DNA of 64,000 bases from Candidatus Eremiobacteria bacterium (lineage in GTDB: Bacteria > Vulcanimicrobiota > Vulcanimicrobiia > Vulcanimicrobiales > Vulcanimicrobiaceae). The stretch's first letter is position 1; every line of letters starts with the position of its first letter. The notes under the pieces are model-generated. The model was not told the origin of the DNA and made no database searches. It saw nothing but the letters and a program-made list of their open reading frames with translations. A program made the position numbers and the translations under genes. This document shows positions 21,858-33,535 of the stretch, piece by piece. The stretch lies in assembly GCA_963737065.1 (NCBI GenBank), contig CAVTRC010000001.1:384001-448000 (forward strand), written 5' to 3'.

Positions 21858-22710
21858 CTATATATCGCGCCGTTGAAATGAGATCGTCCCGGCGATAAGG
21901 ACGACGGCGAACCAAAACAGACACCACACGAAGAACGCGATCGGCGGCGGTGCAGCGGGAACGAGCGGATTCATTGTGTTCGATGCGGCCTCTGTCGCTC
22001 GCACGATTGCCGGCTGCATCGAAAACGACGCCGCGCGCCATAAACCGTCGCTCGGAATGATCAGGCTGATCGCGGTCGTCGCACTGAGCATGCTCGAGTT
22101 GTGAAAGTACGTCGCGAAGCTTCCTACGATACCGGCGATCCACGCGATACCGAAAAGCACCACGGTTACGAAGCCGGCCGCGATCGCGGAGAGCCGCACG
22201 CTAATCGCCATCGTCAACGTAAGCAAAACGAGACTCTGCGCAACGAGCAACACCAGCGTCTGCAGCGGATAAGGTGGCGAGATAACCCGTCGTCCAACGA
22301 ACCGCGGCGAATTCCAGCGCTCCAATCACGAACGCATATCCGGCGAGCAACACCGCATTCCCGAGCCACTTTCCGATAAGGATCTCCGCGCGGCGAATTG
22401 GACGCGGGACGATCGCAAGCAGCGTGCCGTTTTCAATCTCGGCTCCCGTGGAGAGCGCGCCGAGGAACGCCGCGGCGAGCGCGAGCACGAAGCTGAACAT
22501 AAACGCCATCATGATCTCGAGAACGCTGGAGGCCTCCAGCACATCGTGATGCGCGATGCGGTTGCCGCTCCCCGTATGCATTGTCGCGAGCGCATGGAAG
22601 CCAAACGCCGTGAGTGCAACGAGAACGACGGTAGCGATGGCCGCGGTCAGCACCAAGCGCCGGCGCGATGCCTCACGAAGCGTGAGTGACGCGATCAACA
22701 GCACGTTCAT
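21858..22710 (-). CDS. ABC transporter permease, frameshifted near 22280
   Basis: EIENGTL..PRPIRR.EILIGK; C-terminal FQRRDI; ORFs 22201..22710 plus 21858..22325. Confidence 0.85.
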
Positions 22711-23566
22711 GGCCGTTGTTGCTCCGTACGATTTCGAGAAACCGCTCTTCGAGTGTTTGGCGAACCGGTACGACGGCGACGATCTCCGCGCCGCGTTCGA
22801 CGTATTCGGCGACGATATGCGGAATCTGAGCGGTCGTCACGTCTTCGATCAATGCCACGGTTCCGTTGGCAAACGCGATACGCACCGCAGGCCGTCCGAG
22901 CAGAGCGTCCAGCGACCCAACGGAACGGATCGTCCCGTCCGTAATGATCGCGACGGAATCGCATACGGATTCGACTTCGGTTAGCAAGTGCGAGTTTAAA
23001 AAGACGGTCGTCCCGCGTGCTTTCAATTCAGCAACCAGCGTTCGCACTTCGGCACGTCCCAGCGGATCGAGCGCGGACGTCGGCTCGTCGAGAATCACTA
23101 ATTCGGGTGAGCCGAGCATCGCAACGGCAAGCCCGAGCCGCTGCTGCATTCCTTTAGAAAAGGCGCCGATCCGATCGTTTGATCGCGCAGACAATCCGAC
23201 GCGGTTCAACGCGTCGTCAATCTGCGGCGCGCGTTTGGAACGTTCGATACGAAGCACGGCCGCGTGCCATCCTAAAATCTCGCGCGCGGTCAGCCAGTCT
23301 TGATAACGAAAGAGCTCGGGCAGATATCCGATCCTGCGTCGCGCGTCGAGCGAACCCAGCGGTTTCTCGAGGATTGCACCGTCGCCCGATGACGGGCGCA
23401 CGAGGCCGAGGAGGATCTTCACCGCCGTCGTCTTCCCGGCGCCGTTTGGTCCGAGAAAGCCGAAAACCTCACCGCGCGCAACACGCACGGTGAGATTTTC
23501 AATGGCAGCGCGCTTTCCGTAGAACTTCGTGAGGTCGCGGGTTTCGATCGCGTATCGCTGCGTCAC
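22673..23566 (-). CDS. ABC transporter ATP-binding protein
   Basis: GPNGAGKT, FSKGMQQR, ILDEPT, NSH; GTG start overlaps upstream stop. Confidence 0.93.
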   Translation of the reverse strand: MTQRYAIETRDLTKFYGKRAAIENLTVRVARGEVFGFLGPNGAGKTTAVKILLGLVRPSSGDGAILEKPLGSLDARRRIGYLPELFRYQDWLTAREILGWHAAVLRIERSKRAPQIDDALNRVGLSARSNDRIGAFSKGMQQRLGLAVAMLGSPELVILDEPTSALDPLGRAEVRTLVAELKARGTTVFLNSHLLTEVESVCDSVAIITDGTIRSVGSLDALLGRPAVRIAFANGTVALIEDVTTAQIPHIVAEYVERGAEIVAVVPVRQTLEERFLEIVRSNNGHERAVDRVTHAS

Positions 23567-24711
23567 GACGTCATTGAATTCGCGACCTTCGTCATTTCGT
23601 CTGCCGAGTAGCCGCCGATAACCCAATAAAACGTCCCGCCCGAGACCCACAGTACGATGCTTCCGACGCCGGTGTTGTCTCCGATCAGCAAACCGCGGGC
23701 GCCGTGAACGAGTACCGGTCGCGACGTCGACTTATCGATCGCAACCGGGATCGGCAGCGTCGACGCCGGATCGCGTATCGCACGGATCTGCGCCTTGACG
23801 TTCTGCGGAACGTTCGGCAACGAAAGGAGATACGACTCGATCGTATTGGCGCTCAACGACGTGGACCGAACGGCCGGAACCGGCCCCTGCGCGACGATGA
23901 TCGCATCGCGTGGGAACTCACGATCGCGCGGCGCATGTTTTCCGTGTCGTTGCTCCAGCCGCATGCCATACGATTGCACGACGAACGGTCCGAGTTCAGC
24001 GGTCAACGTCGCGCCGTCGAGGCCGGACGGCGGCGGCGGGAGCGTGAAGTGCTTGCGCGCGGCACTGGCGCGCGCTTTGCGCTCGTCGAACGTGAACCGC
24101 ACGACGTGAAGCGGCTCGATGCCGTATTCTACGGTGTGCGTAACACTGGCCGGCAGATACGCCGGACGCGAGAAGCTTTGATGCGCGAATTGACGCGCAG
24201 CGGCGAGTGACGAAAAGCGCTGCATTTTGCCGCGGTTGCTTTCGCGCACGGTTCCGAGTTCACTCAATTCAGGTGCGCTGTGTAGTTGTTCGAGATCCGC
24301 ATGCGTCACTGAAATGGGCGTCACTTCACGCGGTTGGAAGATCGTCAATACATTTTGCGCATAAGCGCGGAACGGTGCATACGAGAGGGCGAACGCAACA
24401 ATGAGCGCGGCTGCGATTGCGGAGAGCGGCCGCCAATCGCGCAGGCGCGCCGGCTTCGCTTCAGCCCGTAGGCCGACAGTGTGCGTACTGCGGCGTGACC
24501 GCGCGAGAATCGCTGCACGCGCCGACGTGGTATCTACCGGCTCTTCTGCAGTGCTGAGCGCGCGCGCCGCCGCGCGCGCGTTCGCACGCACCGCGTCGAG
24601 CGTTTGCCGGCAACGCAAGCATTGCACCAGATGCTCTTTCTCATAGGAAAGCAGCGCTTCAGGCTCATCGACGTAGCGCCGAAGAGCCGCATCATTCAAG
24701 TGACGAAACAT
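23563..24711 (-). CDS. Zinc-binding (ZAS) transmembrane anti-sigma factor
   Basis: N-terminal H..HLVQCLRC (HxxxCxxC), one TM helix, extracytoplasmic domain; follows ECF sigma. Confidence 0.8.
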   Translation of the reverse strand: MFRHLNDAALRRYVDEPEALLSYEKEHLVQCLRCRQTLDAVRANARAAARALSTAEEPVDTTSARAAILARSRRSTHTVGLRAEAKPARLRDWRPLSAIAAALIVAFALSYAPFRAYAQNVLTIFQPREVTPISVTHADLEQLHSAPELSELGTVRESNRGKMQRFSSLAAARQFAHQSFSRPAYLPASVTHTVEYGIEPLHVVRFTFDERKARASAARKHFTLPPPPSGLDGATLTAELGPFVVQSYGMRLEQRHGKHAPRDREFPRDAIIVAQGPVPAVRSTSLSANTIESYLLSLPNVPQNVKAQIRAIRDPASTLPIPVAIDKSTSRPVLVHGARGLLIGDNTGVGSIVLWVSGGTFYWVIGGYSADEMTKVANSMTS

Positions 24712-25195
24712 CGCGTAGCTCCTTTTTGATCGCAGCTTCAGCGCGCAACAGTAAGACGCCGACGCGCTGAACCGGCACGTCGAGTATCACCGCAATTTCC
24801 TTATAAGAAAATCCGCTGTGCCGCAACGACAGCGCGGCCGCATAATTCGGTTTCAGTTTGCGTAGAGCTCGCGCAACGAGTTCGCGCATCTCGCTGCGCT
24901 CTACCAGCTCGAACGGCTGCGCCGCTTGATGGTACGGCTGAATCTGCCGTTCGCGTTCGCGTTGCCGTGTGTTGGTTTTCACGACATCGAAAGCGCGATG
25001 CGTTGCGGCGCGGTAGACCCAACGCTTGGCGTGCAATTGATCGTCTGGTCCCGCCCTGTACAGCGCCGCGAACGCTTCCTGAGCAATATCTTCGGCCGCT
25101 GCCCTCCCGGCGATACGACGTGCAAGCGCCAGCACGCCTCGATATTCGCTCTCGAAGATCGTATCAAACAGCCGGCGTTCCATGCGCATGTGCAT
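24692..25195 (-). CDS. ECF-family RNA polymerase sigma factor
   Basis: AEDIAQEAF, WVYRAA, GFSYKEIAVILDV region 2/4 motifs. Confidence 0.88.
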   Translation of the reverse strand: MHMRMERRLFDTIFESEYRGVLALARRIAGRAAAEDIAQEAFAALYRAGPDDQLHAKRWVYRAATHRAFDVVKTNTRQRERERQIQPYHQAAQPFELVERSEMRELVARALRKLKPNYAAALSLRHSGFSYKEIAVILDVPVQRVGVLLLRAEAAIKKELRDVSSLE

Positions 25196-25206
25196 TCCGT
25201 CTGTAG

Positions 25207-25233
25207 TACGCCGCGCGAGGCGAATTTATTACA
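25207..25233 (-). promoter_or_regulatory. Putative autoregulatory ECF promoter
   Basis: Minus strand TGTAAT-N17-CGTA, ending 11 nt before the sigma start codon; resembles SigW/SigX-type elements. Confidence 0.55.
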
Positions 25234-25252
25234 GCGACGACGGTTTCCAGGA

Positions 25253-25278
25253 ATAGAGATTATCTATACAATGCATTG
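25253..25278 (+). promoter_or_regulatory. OxyR/LysR-type binding site upstream of katG
   Basis: ATAG-N7-CTAT-N7-ATTG; candidate -10 TACGAT at 25313-25318. Confidence 0.6.
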
Positions 25279-25379
25279 ATGCCATTGGCTTGGGCTTACC
25301 ACCGTCTCGTACTACGATAAGAGCGGTGGCCCTCGCCGAGCTGCCTGTTCCATTTCGCCGAAAATGAGGAGATCGCGCC

Positions 25380-27585
<2,206 letters not shown>

Positions 27586-27605
27586 CTCGCTCGCAGCCGA
27601 ACACC

Positions 27606-27634
27606 AAGACGCCGGTGCGATGCGCCGGCGTCTT
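27606..27634. terminator. Hairpin between convergent katG and DUF4432 genes
   Basis: AAGACGCCGG-tgcgatgcg-CCGGCGTCTT. Confidence 0.7.
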
Positions 27635-27639
27635 CGCGT

Positions 27640-28626
27640 TCAACGGAACGAAAAGCGCACGTTGTATTCGCGCGTCTCGTTGGGCTGCAGGAATGGAAGC
27701 GTACCTGCTTTCGCTGCCGCGATCCGTCCTTCGATCGTGGGACAATTCGCCGGTTCGACCGCCATTACGTACGTCCGTGTCCCGAGCATTCTCCAAGAGA
27801 AACACGTTGATAATTCGCTTGCGCGAAATTCGACGCTGACCGTCCTTCCAAGTTGCGTGTTATCGAACGTCGCCGAGCACCAGCCGTCCAACCCACCTTC
27901 AACGGTATGAATGAACACCTGTTCCTTGAAGTTGGCTTGCGCGGAACCGCCTTCGTTCCAAGAATCGATGCCGGCGCGTGCAGCTTCGTCGCGTGGGACC
28001 GTCGTGCTGCGCGGAATATCGAGGCGCAAGTGCTCGTCGAGCATCGGGTATCCCATGTTGCAGTGATAGAGCAGCATGTGAGGCACCGGCGACGCGCCGA
28101 GGTTCGTAACGCGATCGCGCAGCGTCAGGGTGGTCCCGCGTAACGCCGCGCGCCACGACCGTTCGAGCTGTAACGATTCGCCGAACATCCGAATCTGCGA
28201 GATGACCCCGCGCAATTCCATATACGGTTCGGCGGCGGCGAAATTGTTATCGATCGCGACATCGTGTGCCGCAGTGTGGTTGATATGGCCGTGTTCGCCC
28301 CAGCTGCCGTATGCGTCGCTTCCGGCCGGCCCAAACGCCTCGAGTCCGCACGTGGTTACCAAGCCGCCGAAGAATCGCCGCTGAAACTCGTCATCATTGA
28401 GAGTCCCGGGGTGCGGCGGCAAGAGCGCACCGGGACCGTGCCACACGAGCGGCGTTCCTTCAAAGCTGCACCACGCGATATCCATGCAGCGATCGAGAAT
28501 CGCGAGAACATCGAGCCCGCCAAGCGTGCGAATGCGCGCGGCGCGCACCCCGTTCTCGAGACGCAACGGCGTGATGCCGCCGAGCTGATCGTCGCGAATA
28601 ACTCGCTGCACATCGGAAGAACTCAT
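27640..28626 (-). CDS. Aldose 1-epimerase-like (DUF4432) protein
   Basis: LDRCMDI, GGLVTTCGL, EHG, MLLYHCNMG, AVEP motifs. Confidence 0.85.
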   Translation of the reverse strand: MSSSDVQRVIRDDQLGGITPLRLENGVRAARIRTLGGLDVLAILDRCMDIAWCSFEGTPLVWHGPGALLPPHPGTLNDDEFQRRFFGGLVTTCGLEAFGPAGSDAYGSWGEHGHINHTAAHDVAIDNNFAAAEPYMELRGVISQIRMFGESLQLERSWRAALRGTTLTLRDRVTNLGASPVPHMLLYHCNMGYPMLDEHLRLDIPRSTTVPRDEAARAGIDSWNEGGSAQANFKEQVFIHTVEGGLDGWCSATFDNTQLGRTVSVEFRASELSTCFSWRMLGTRTYVMAVEPANCPTIEGRIAAAKAGTLPFLQPNETREYNVRFSFR

Positions 28627-28634
28627 GAGCGGCT

Positions 28635-28964
28635 TTAGCCGCCGCCTGAATTGCCGCCGCAACGATAGTCGAGCGTCATGCTACACGCTTTCAGCGTCAC
28701 ATGCGTCGAACTTCCGTGCACCCGAACTTTCACCGTCTGCGGTGGTACATCGCGAGATGAAAACTCCAATGCATAGTCGCCATCCGGAACAGATCGAAGG
28801 ACGAAATGTCCATCGGCATCGCTGCGCGTTCGCAGCATATGCGAACCGTGCGTCACGGTTACCGTGACACCTTGAAGGGGCTGGCCGGTGGTCTTGTCCG
28901 TGATCGTGCCGCTCAACACTGCAAGCGCCGCCGCGATATATACGCTCCCTTGTCGGGCTAGCAT
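28635..28964 (-). CDS. Small exported carboxypeptidase-regulatory-like domain protein
   Basis: LSGTITDKTTGQPLQGVTV..SDADGHF..VPDGDY. Confidence 0.75.
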   Translation of the reverse strand: MLARQGSVYIAAALAVLSGTITDKTTGQPLQGVTVTVTHGSHMLRTRSDADGHFVLRSVPDGDYALEFSSRDVPPQTVKVRVHGSSTHVTLKACSMTLDYRCGGNSGGG

Positions 28965-31900
28965 ATCTCTGCGAGCGCCTGCGCTTCCGTATACCGTGAA
29001 CCGATGTGGGCGTTCGTCGCCAATGCCTCGGGATGTAGTCGTTCCCGTAGAATGGCCATTAACCGCTGGTGCATGACGTCTTCGCACGCATCCGCCTGCC
29101 GCGGCGCGTGGACCACGCCGCAGCGCGCATCGCAGAACGCAATGAGGCGGCTCGCGCGCTGGTAATCGCCCACGCCGGCATAGAAGGTCGCCATCGCTTG
29201 GACCGCCCAGGTCAGGTTCGCCAACTGCCGCGTTCCCGTGACGAGTTCCAAACTTCTCGTCGCGGCGGACTTTGCGACGTTCCATTCATCGAGCGCCGCG
29301 GCATAGAACGCGAAATTCGTCAGCGCGAGCAACAGCAAGTCGTTCGAACCGGCGAGCTCGGCGTAGTGCACCGCTTCGCGTCCGAGCTCATACGCGCGGC
29401 GTTCGTCTCCGACGTAGAACTCGAAATCGCTTAACCACGTGATCGTAGAGCTTATTTGCGCGTCCGCCGCGTGCTGTTTGAGCAGCGCGATACTCTCCGC
29501 AAAATCGGCGCGTTTGCGTTCGACGTCGGCATTGTCGCGCGTCAACCCGAGCGTTCGTAAGGAAAACGCCAATTGAACGGGATCGTTCAGCCGGCGCGCG
29601 ATTTCGACCGACTCGAACGCGACCTCTTCACCGGTTGTGCGCTCTTCAGGAAAGTACCACGCTATCGTCTGCGCAAGCGCACGGTAGCCTTCGGCAAGAC
29701 CCGCTTCATCGCCGATTCGTTTGTATAGTTCTACGGCGCGTTCGCCCGCGGCGCGCATCTGCGGTGCGGTTCCGCTGCGCGCGTTCGCGCCGATAGCGAG
29801 GTACAGCCGCGCTTCGATCTCGGGATGTTCGTCGGGCGTAAGCAGCTTGAGTGCAGACGCAACCCAGTGGTCCGCTTCGGATCTCGCAGCGTGATGAAAG
29901 AATTGGACGGTCGCACCGGCAAGCGCTCCGCCGAGGACCGGATCGCGCGCGACGTCGAGCGACCAACGCAGCGCGCTGCGAAAGTTTTCGAGATCCGGCT
30001 CGAGATGCGCGATCCAATCGCTCGAACGCGTTTTACGATACACCGCATCGGCCCGTCGCGCGAGCGATAGATAATACTCCGCGTGGCGGCGGGCGATCGC
30101 GTCGCGTTCGCCGGATCGCTCTAACTCTTCGTCCGCGAACTCATGTGTTGACTCCAGCAAGCGATACCGGTTTTCGCTCGACCCGAAATCGTCCGCGATC
30201 AGCGATTTTCGAATCAAGCTCGCAACCGTGTCGAAAACGGGTTCTCCGGTATCGTCGAAACCACACACGTCGATCGCCGCGTCGAATGAAAAACTGCCGC
30301 GAAAGATCGCAAGGCGAGCGAATACGCGTCGCTCGCTCGTGGTGAGCAGTTCGTAGCTCCAATCAATCGCCGCGCGGATCGTCTGCTGGCGAATCGGCGC
30401 GGTGCGATCGCCTCCGGTCAGGATGCTGAGCCGTGCATGAAGGCGCGCGAGCAACTGCTCGAGCGACATAATCGCAATGCGCGGTGCCGCGAGCTCGATC
30501 GCCAGCGCAATTCCGTCGAGTTCACGGCAGATCGCGCTCACCGTCTCGGCGTTTTGAAGCGTCACCGCAAAGGTGGGCTGAACGGCGCGCGCGCGCTCGA
30601 CGAACAATTCCATCGCATCGTTCGGGCCCAGCAGCGGCAACCGATACAACGTTTCGCCGGCCGTGCTCAACGGCTCGCGGCTCGTCGCGATAATACTCAC
30701 GTCGGGACATACGCGCAGTAACTGCGCAACCGCCTTCGCCGCGCCTTCGATGACGTGTTCGCAGTTATCAAAGACGAGCAACGCACGCTTTTCGCGCAGC
30801 AGCTCCACGGCGCCGTCTTCCAGTTCGGCGATTCCGCCGGCGCCGATTGCCGAAGCGAGCGCGTGCGCCACGAGCGCACTGTCTTCAACGCGCGCGAGAT
30901 CGACGAAGAATGCGCCGTCGGGAAATCGGCTTGCGGCATCATTCGCCAGCTGAACCGCGATGCGCGTCTTCCCGGTCCCACCGGGTCCAGTGATCGTCAG
31001 CAATCGCGTCTGCGCGAAGAGCGCTTGCAGATCCCGCAGTTCGGCATGGCGACCAACGAGCCGGTTGAGTTGGACGGGAAGATTGCTCGGCCCCGCGGCC
31101 GTAATACGCCGCGCCGGTTCTGCATCCGACTCGTATGCCGTCGTCACGACGCGATTGCGCCCGCGCATCTTCGCTCGGTACAGCGAGTGATCGGCATGCT
31201 CGATCAGCTCTTCGAACCGTTGATCGGCTTCCGGAACGACTGCGGCAACACCAATGCTTACCGTTACGCGCCCAATCGACGAGCCGCCGTGCATGAGGGC
31301 CAAGGCGGCAACGCTTTCGCGCAGTGATTCAGCGAGGCTGATCGCGCCGCCCACGTCCGTGCCGGGCAACAGAACGGCAAACTCCTCGCCGCCGTAGCGC
31401 GCGACGACATCTCCATGCCGTTTCAGCGTCCCCGCAAACGCTTCGGCGACTTGGCGCAAGCACAGGTCGCCGGCTTGATGACCGTATGCATCGTTAAACG
31501 TCTTGAAGAAATCGATGTCGACCATGAGCAACGCAATCGACAAGCGCTCGCGCGTCGCTCGCGCCCATTCGCGGTCGACGGTCTCGTTGAACATTCGCCG
31601 GTTCGCGATCCCGGTGAGGGCATCGGTGAGCGCAAGCCGTTCGATCCTCTCGTGATTGCGTGACGATTGTTCCTGAAAGAGCCGCGTGCCGATGGAAAGC
31701 GCACACGATTCGAGCAGCAGCATCAGCTCCGCATCATAGTCGGGCGCGCCGTCGATGCTGATCGCGCCGAGCAGCGTGTCGCCGAAGCGGATCGGCATTG
31801 CGACGATACGTTCGTTTCTTTCGATCACCGTTGAGCCGGTCGCAAGCGCACGCGAAAGCGGAGAACCAGGGGCCAAGGAAATCGCGCCCGTTGTACCGTG

Positions 31901-32122
31901 CGCGTCGTATGAGGACTGCAGCCGGTCCGTGCCGTCGTCGCGAACGGCGAATCCCACGCGGCGCGCCTCGGTAAGCTCCGCGATCAGAGCACAGCAGCGC
32001 GACCACAGCTGCACGTCCGAGCGCTGCTCGGAAAGCGCGTGAGCGAGGCCCCGTACTGCACTGGCGCGGCGCAAGGCGTCACTCATATTGTGCTTTTCGA
32101 CGGCTTCCGGAATGAACGCCAC
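28958..32122 (-). CDS. GAF-GGDEF diguanylate cyclase fused to STAND-type ATPase and TPR-like repeats
   Basis: DIDFFK, RHGD I-site, RYGGEEF; GPGGTGKT, LLVFDNCEH, TSRE, LDGIALAIELAA. Confidence 0.88.
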   Translation of the reverse strand: MAFIPEAVEKHNMSDALRRASAVRGLAHALSEQRSDVQLWSRCCALIAELTEARRVGFAVRDDGTDRLQSSYDAHGTTGAISLAPGSPLSRALATGSTVIERNERIVAMPIRFGDTLLGAISIDGAPDYDAELMLLLESCALSIGTRLFQEQSSRNHERIERLALTDALTGIANRRMFNETVDREWARATRERLSIALLMVDIDFFKTFNDAYGHQAGDLCLRQVAEAFAGTLKRHGDVVARYGGEEFAVLLPGTDVGGAISLAESLRESVAALALMHGGSSIGRVTVSIGVAAVVPEADQRFEELIEHADHSLYRAKMRGRNRVVTTAYESDAEPARRITAAGPSNLPVQLNRLVGRHAELRDLQALFAQTRLLTITGPGGTGKTRIAVQLANDAASRFPDGAFFVDLARVEDSALVAHALASAIGAGGIAELEDGAVELLREKRALLVFDNCEHVIEGAAKAVAQLLRVCPDVSIIATSREPLSTAGETLYRLPLLGPNDAMELFVERARAVQPTFAVTLQNAETVSAICRELDGIALAIELAAPRIAIMSLEQLLARLHARLSILTGGDRTAPIRQQTIRAAIDWSYELLTTSERRVFARLAIFRGSFSFDAAIDVCGFDDTGEPVFDTVASLIRKSLIADDFGSSENRYRLLESTHEFADEELERSGERDAIARRHAEYYLSLARRADAVYRKTRSSDWIAHLEPDLENFRSALRWSLDVARDPVLGGALAGATVQFFHHAARSEADHWVASALKLLTPDEHPEIEARLYLAIGANARSGTAPQMRAAGERAVELYKRIGDEAGLAEGYRALAQTIAWYFPEERTTGEEVAFESVEIARRLNDPVQLAFSLRTLGLTRDNADVERKRADFAESIALLKQHAADAQISSTITWLSDFEFYVGDERRAYELGREAVHYAELAGSNDLLLLALTNFAFYAAALDEWNVAKSAATRSLELVTGTRQLANLTWAVQAMATFYAGVGDYQRASRLIAFCDARCGVVHAPRQADACEDVMHQRLMAILRERLHPEALATNAHIGSRYTEAQALAEIC

Positions 32123-32479
32123 CCTCCCCTCAGCGGTCGTGGTTCACCGTGTCCGGCGTAACGAGCCTACCATGACACGCCGCCTCCAGAGGCGCTGTGA
32201 CACGATTCGCAGTCGCCCGCATAACATTTCCGCGAGCGACGCGTAGTCGAACGCCGCGACGCTTTCGCACCGCGCGCCCTCCCGCAACCGGTGCTTGCGC
32301 TGTCCTCGCCGTTGTACCTGCCGTGCATGGGCGTGCAGCACTCTGCCGCCGTAGCGCCTCACCGAAAGCGCACGTGCACGTTGGCGCGCGACACGCGACG
32401 ATCGAGCAAGCGGCCAGCGCACCCCTCGCGAAGAATCGCGTGCATCGCAGGACGAACCGCCTGAAGGGAGCTGACGCGT

Positions 32480-32725
32480 ATGGAATTCAGTCGAGCGCTG
32501 AGTTTCTCGGCAGACATCCGGCCGCTGTTCACCGATGTAGACGTGAGCCATATGGAGGCAGCCGGACTCGACCTCACGTCACGCGATAGCGTTGCCGCGC
32601 AAGCTGCGGCGATTCTCTCGAGCGTGAGTTCAGGCGAGATGCCTCCGCCGGACACCGGCCGCACGTGGACGAAAGAGATGTGCGACACGTTCGAAGCGTG
32701 GATGAACCAAGGTTGCCCGCCATAG
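32480..32725 (+). CDS. Small conserved-looking hypothetical protein
   Basis: SFSADIRPLF..HM..MPP..W..F.AWMNQGCPP pattern; AAGGGAG upstream. Confidence 0.7.
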   Translation: MEFSRALSFSADIRPLFTDVDVSHMEAAGLDLTSRDSVAAQAAAILSSVSSGEMPPPDTGRTWTKEMCDTFEAWMNQGCPP

Positions 32726-32747
32726 ATTTGATGCAAGGAGTACCACC

Positions 32748-33311
32748 GTGACGTCCGTTAAACAACCGTTCCTCTCCGATATCACAGAACTTCGCCGCCG
32801 CGCGAAAGAACAAATCGAGCGCGGGCCCGTGACGCAAAACTACGAAGGCGACGTACAGCATGCTATCGATCTGCTCCAAACGGCATTGGCGACGGAAATC
32901 GTTTGCGTTCTTCGCTACACGATGCATTACGTTGCAGCGGTCGGTATTGACAGCGACAGCGTAAAAGAAGAGTTCGCCGAACACGCGCGCGACGAGCGCA
33001 AGCACATGGAAGCCATCGCCGACCGTATCAATCAACTGGGCGGCACACCGAACCTCGATCCGGAAGGCCTCGCCACCCGCTCCGCCACCGAGTACGGAAA
33101 CGCGCAGAACCTGGTCGACATGATCAAAGAAAACTTGGTCGCTGAACGAATCGCCTGCGAACACTATCGCGAGTTGGTGCGCTATTTCGGTGAAAAGGAT
33201 CCGACGACGCGCGTCATGCTCGAAGGCATTCTCGCGCAAGAGGAAGACCACGCAAACGATATGCACGACCTTCTCGTCGCGCACGAAGGACGGCCGTTCC
33301 TCAAAAACTAG
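32748..33311 (+). CDS. Ferritin-like / bacterioferritin-related di-iron protein
   Basis: E, ERKH, E, EEDH carboxylate ligands; RINQLGG; AAGGAG RBS. Confidence 0.88.
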   Translation: MTSVKQPFLSDITELRRRAKEQIERGPVTQNYEGDVQHAIDLLQTALATEIVCVLRYTMHYVAAVGIDSDSVKEEFAEHARDERKHMEAIADRINQLGGTPNLDPEGLATRSATEYGNAQNLVDMIKENLVAERIACEHYRELVRYFGEKDPTTRVMLEGILAQEEDHANDMHDLLVAHEGRPFLKN

Positions 33312-33535
33312 CCGCAAAACCAACACCAAATTCGCGAGTGTGAGCGCGAACCTAACGCGCGCACACTCGCTTCGTGGGCTTCGCATTCGCAAGACATTGA
33401 TATTCGCGAAAGGAGCGCTGCGAGCGCGGCCAAACAATCCACTACGCGCCTTCGCACTATGCGAATAGGCGTCATTTGCAGAAGCGGTTACGTATCGCTT
33501 GCTTCTGCTTTCTCGCTAGTGAGGTGAACCGCTTA

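Noticed and set aside
32123..32479. Possible small gene or structured RNA between the GGDEF gene and the miniprotein
   Set aside because: Candidate ORFs are low-complexity with no motif; no convincing riboswitch core seen.
33478..33535. GCAGAAGC..GCTTCTGC inverted repeat and AAGCGGTT/AACCGCTT pairing near the S53 start
   Set aside because: Short pairings could be chance; no known riboswitch features.
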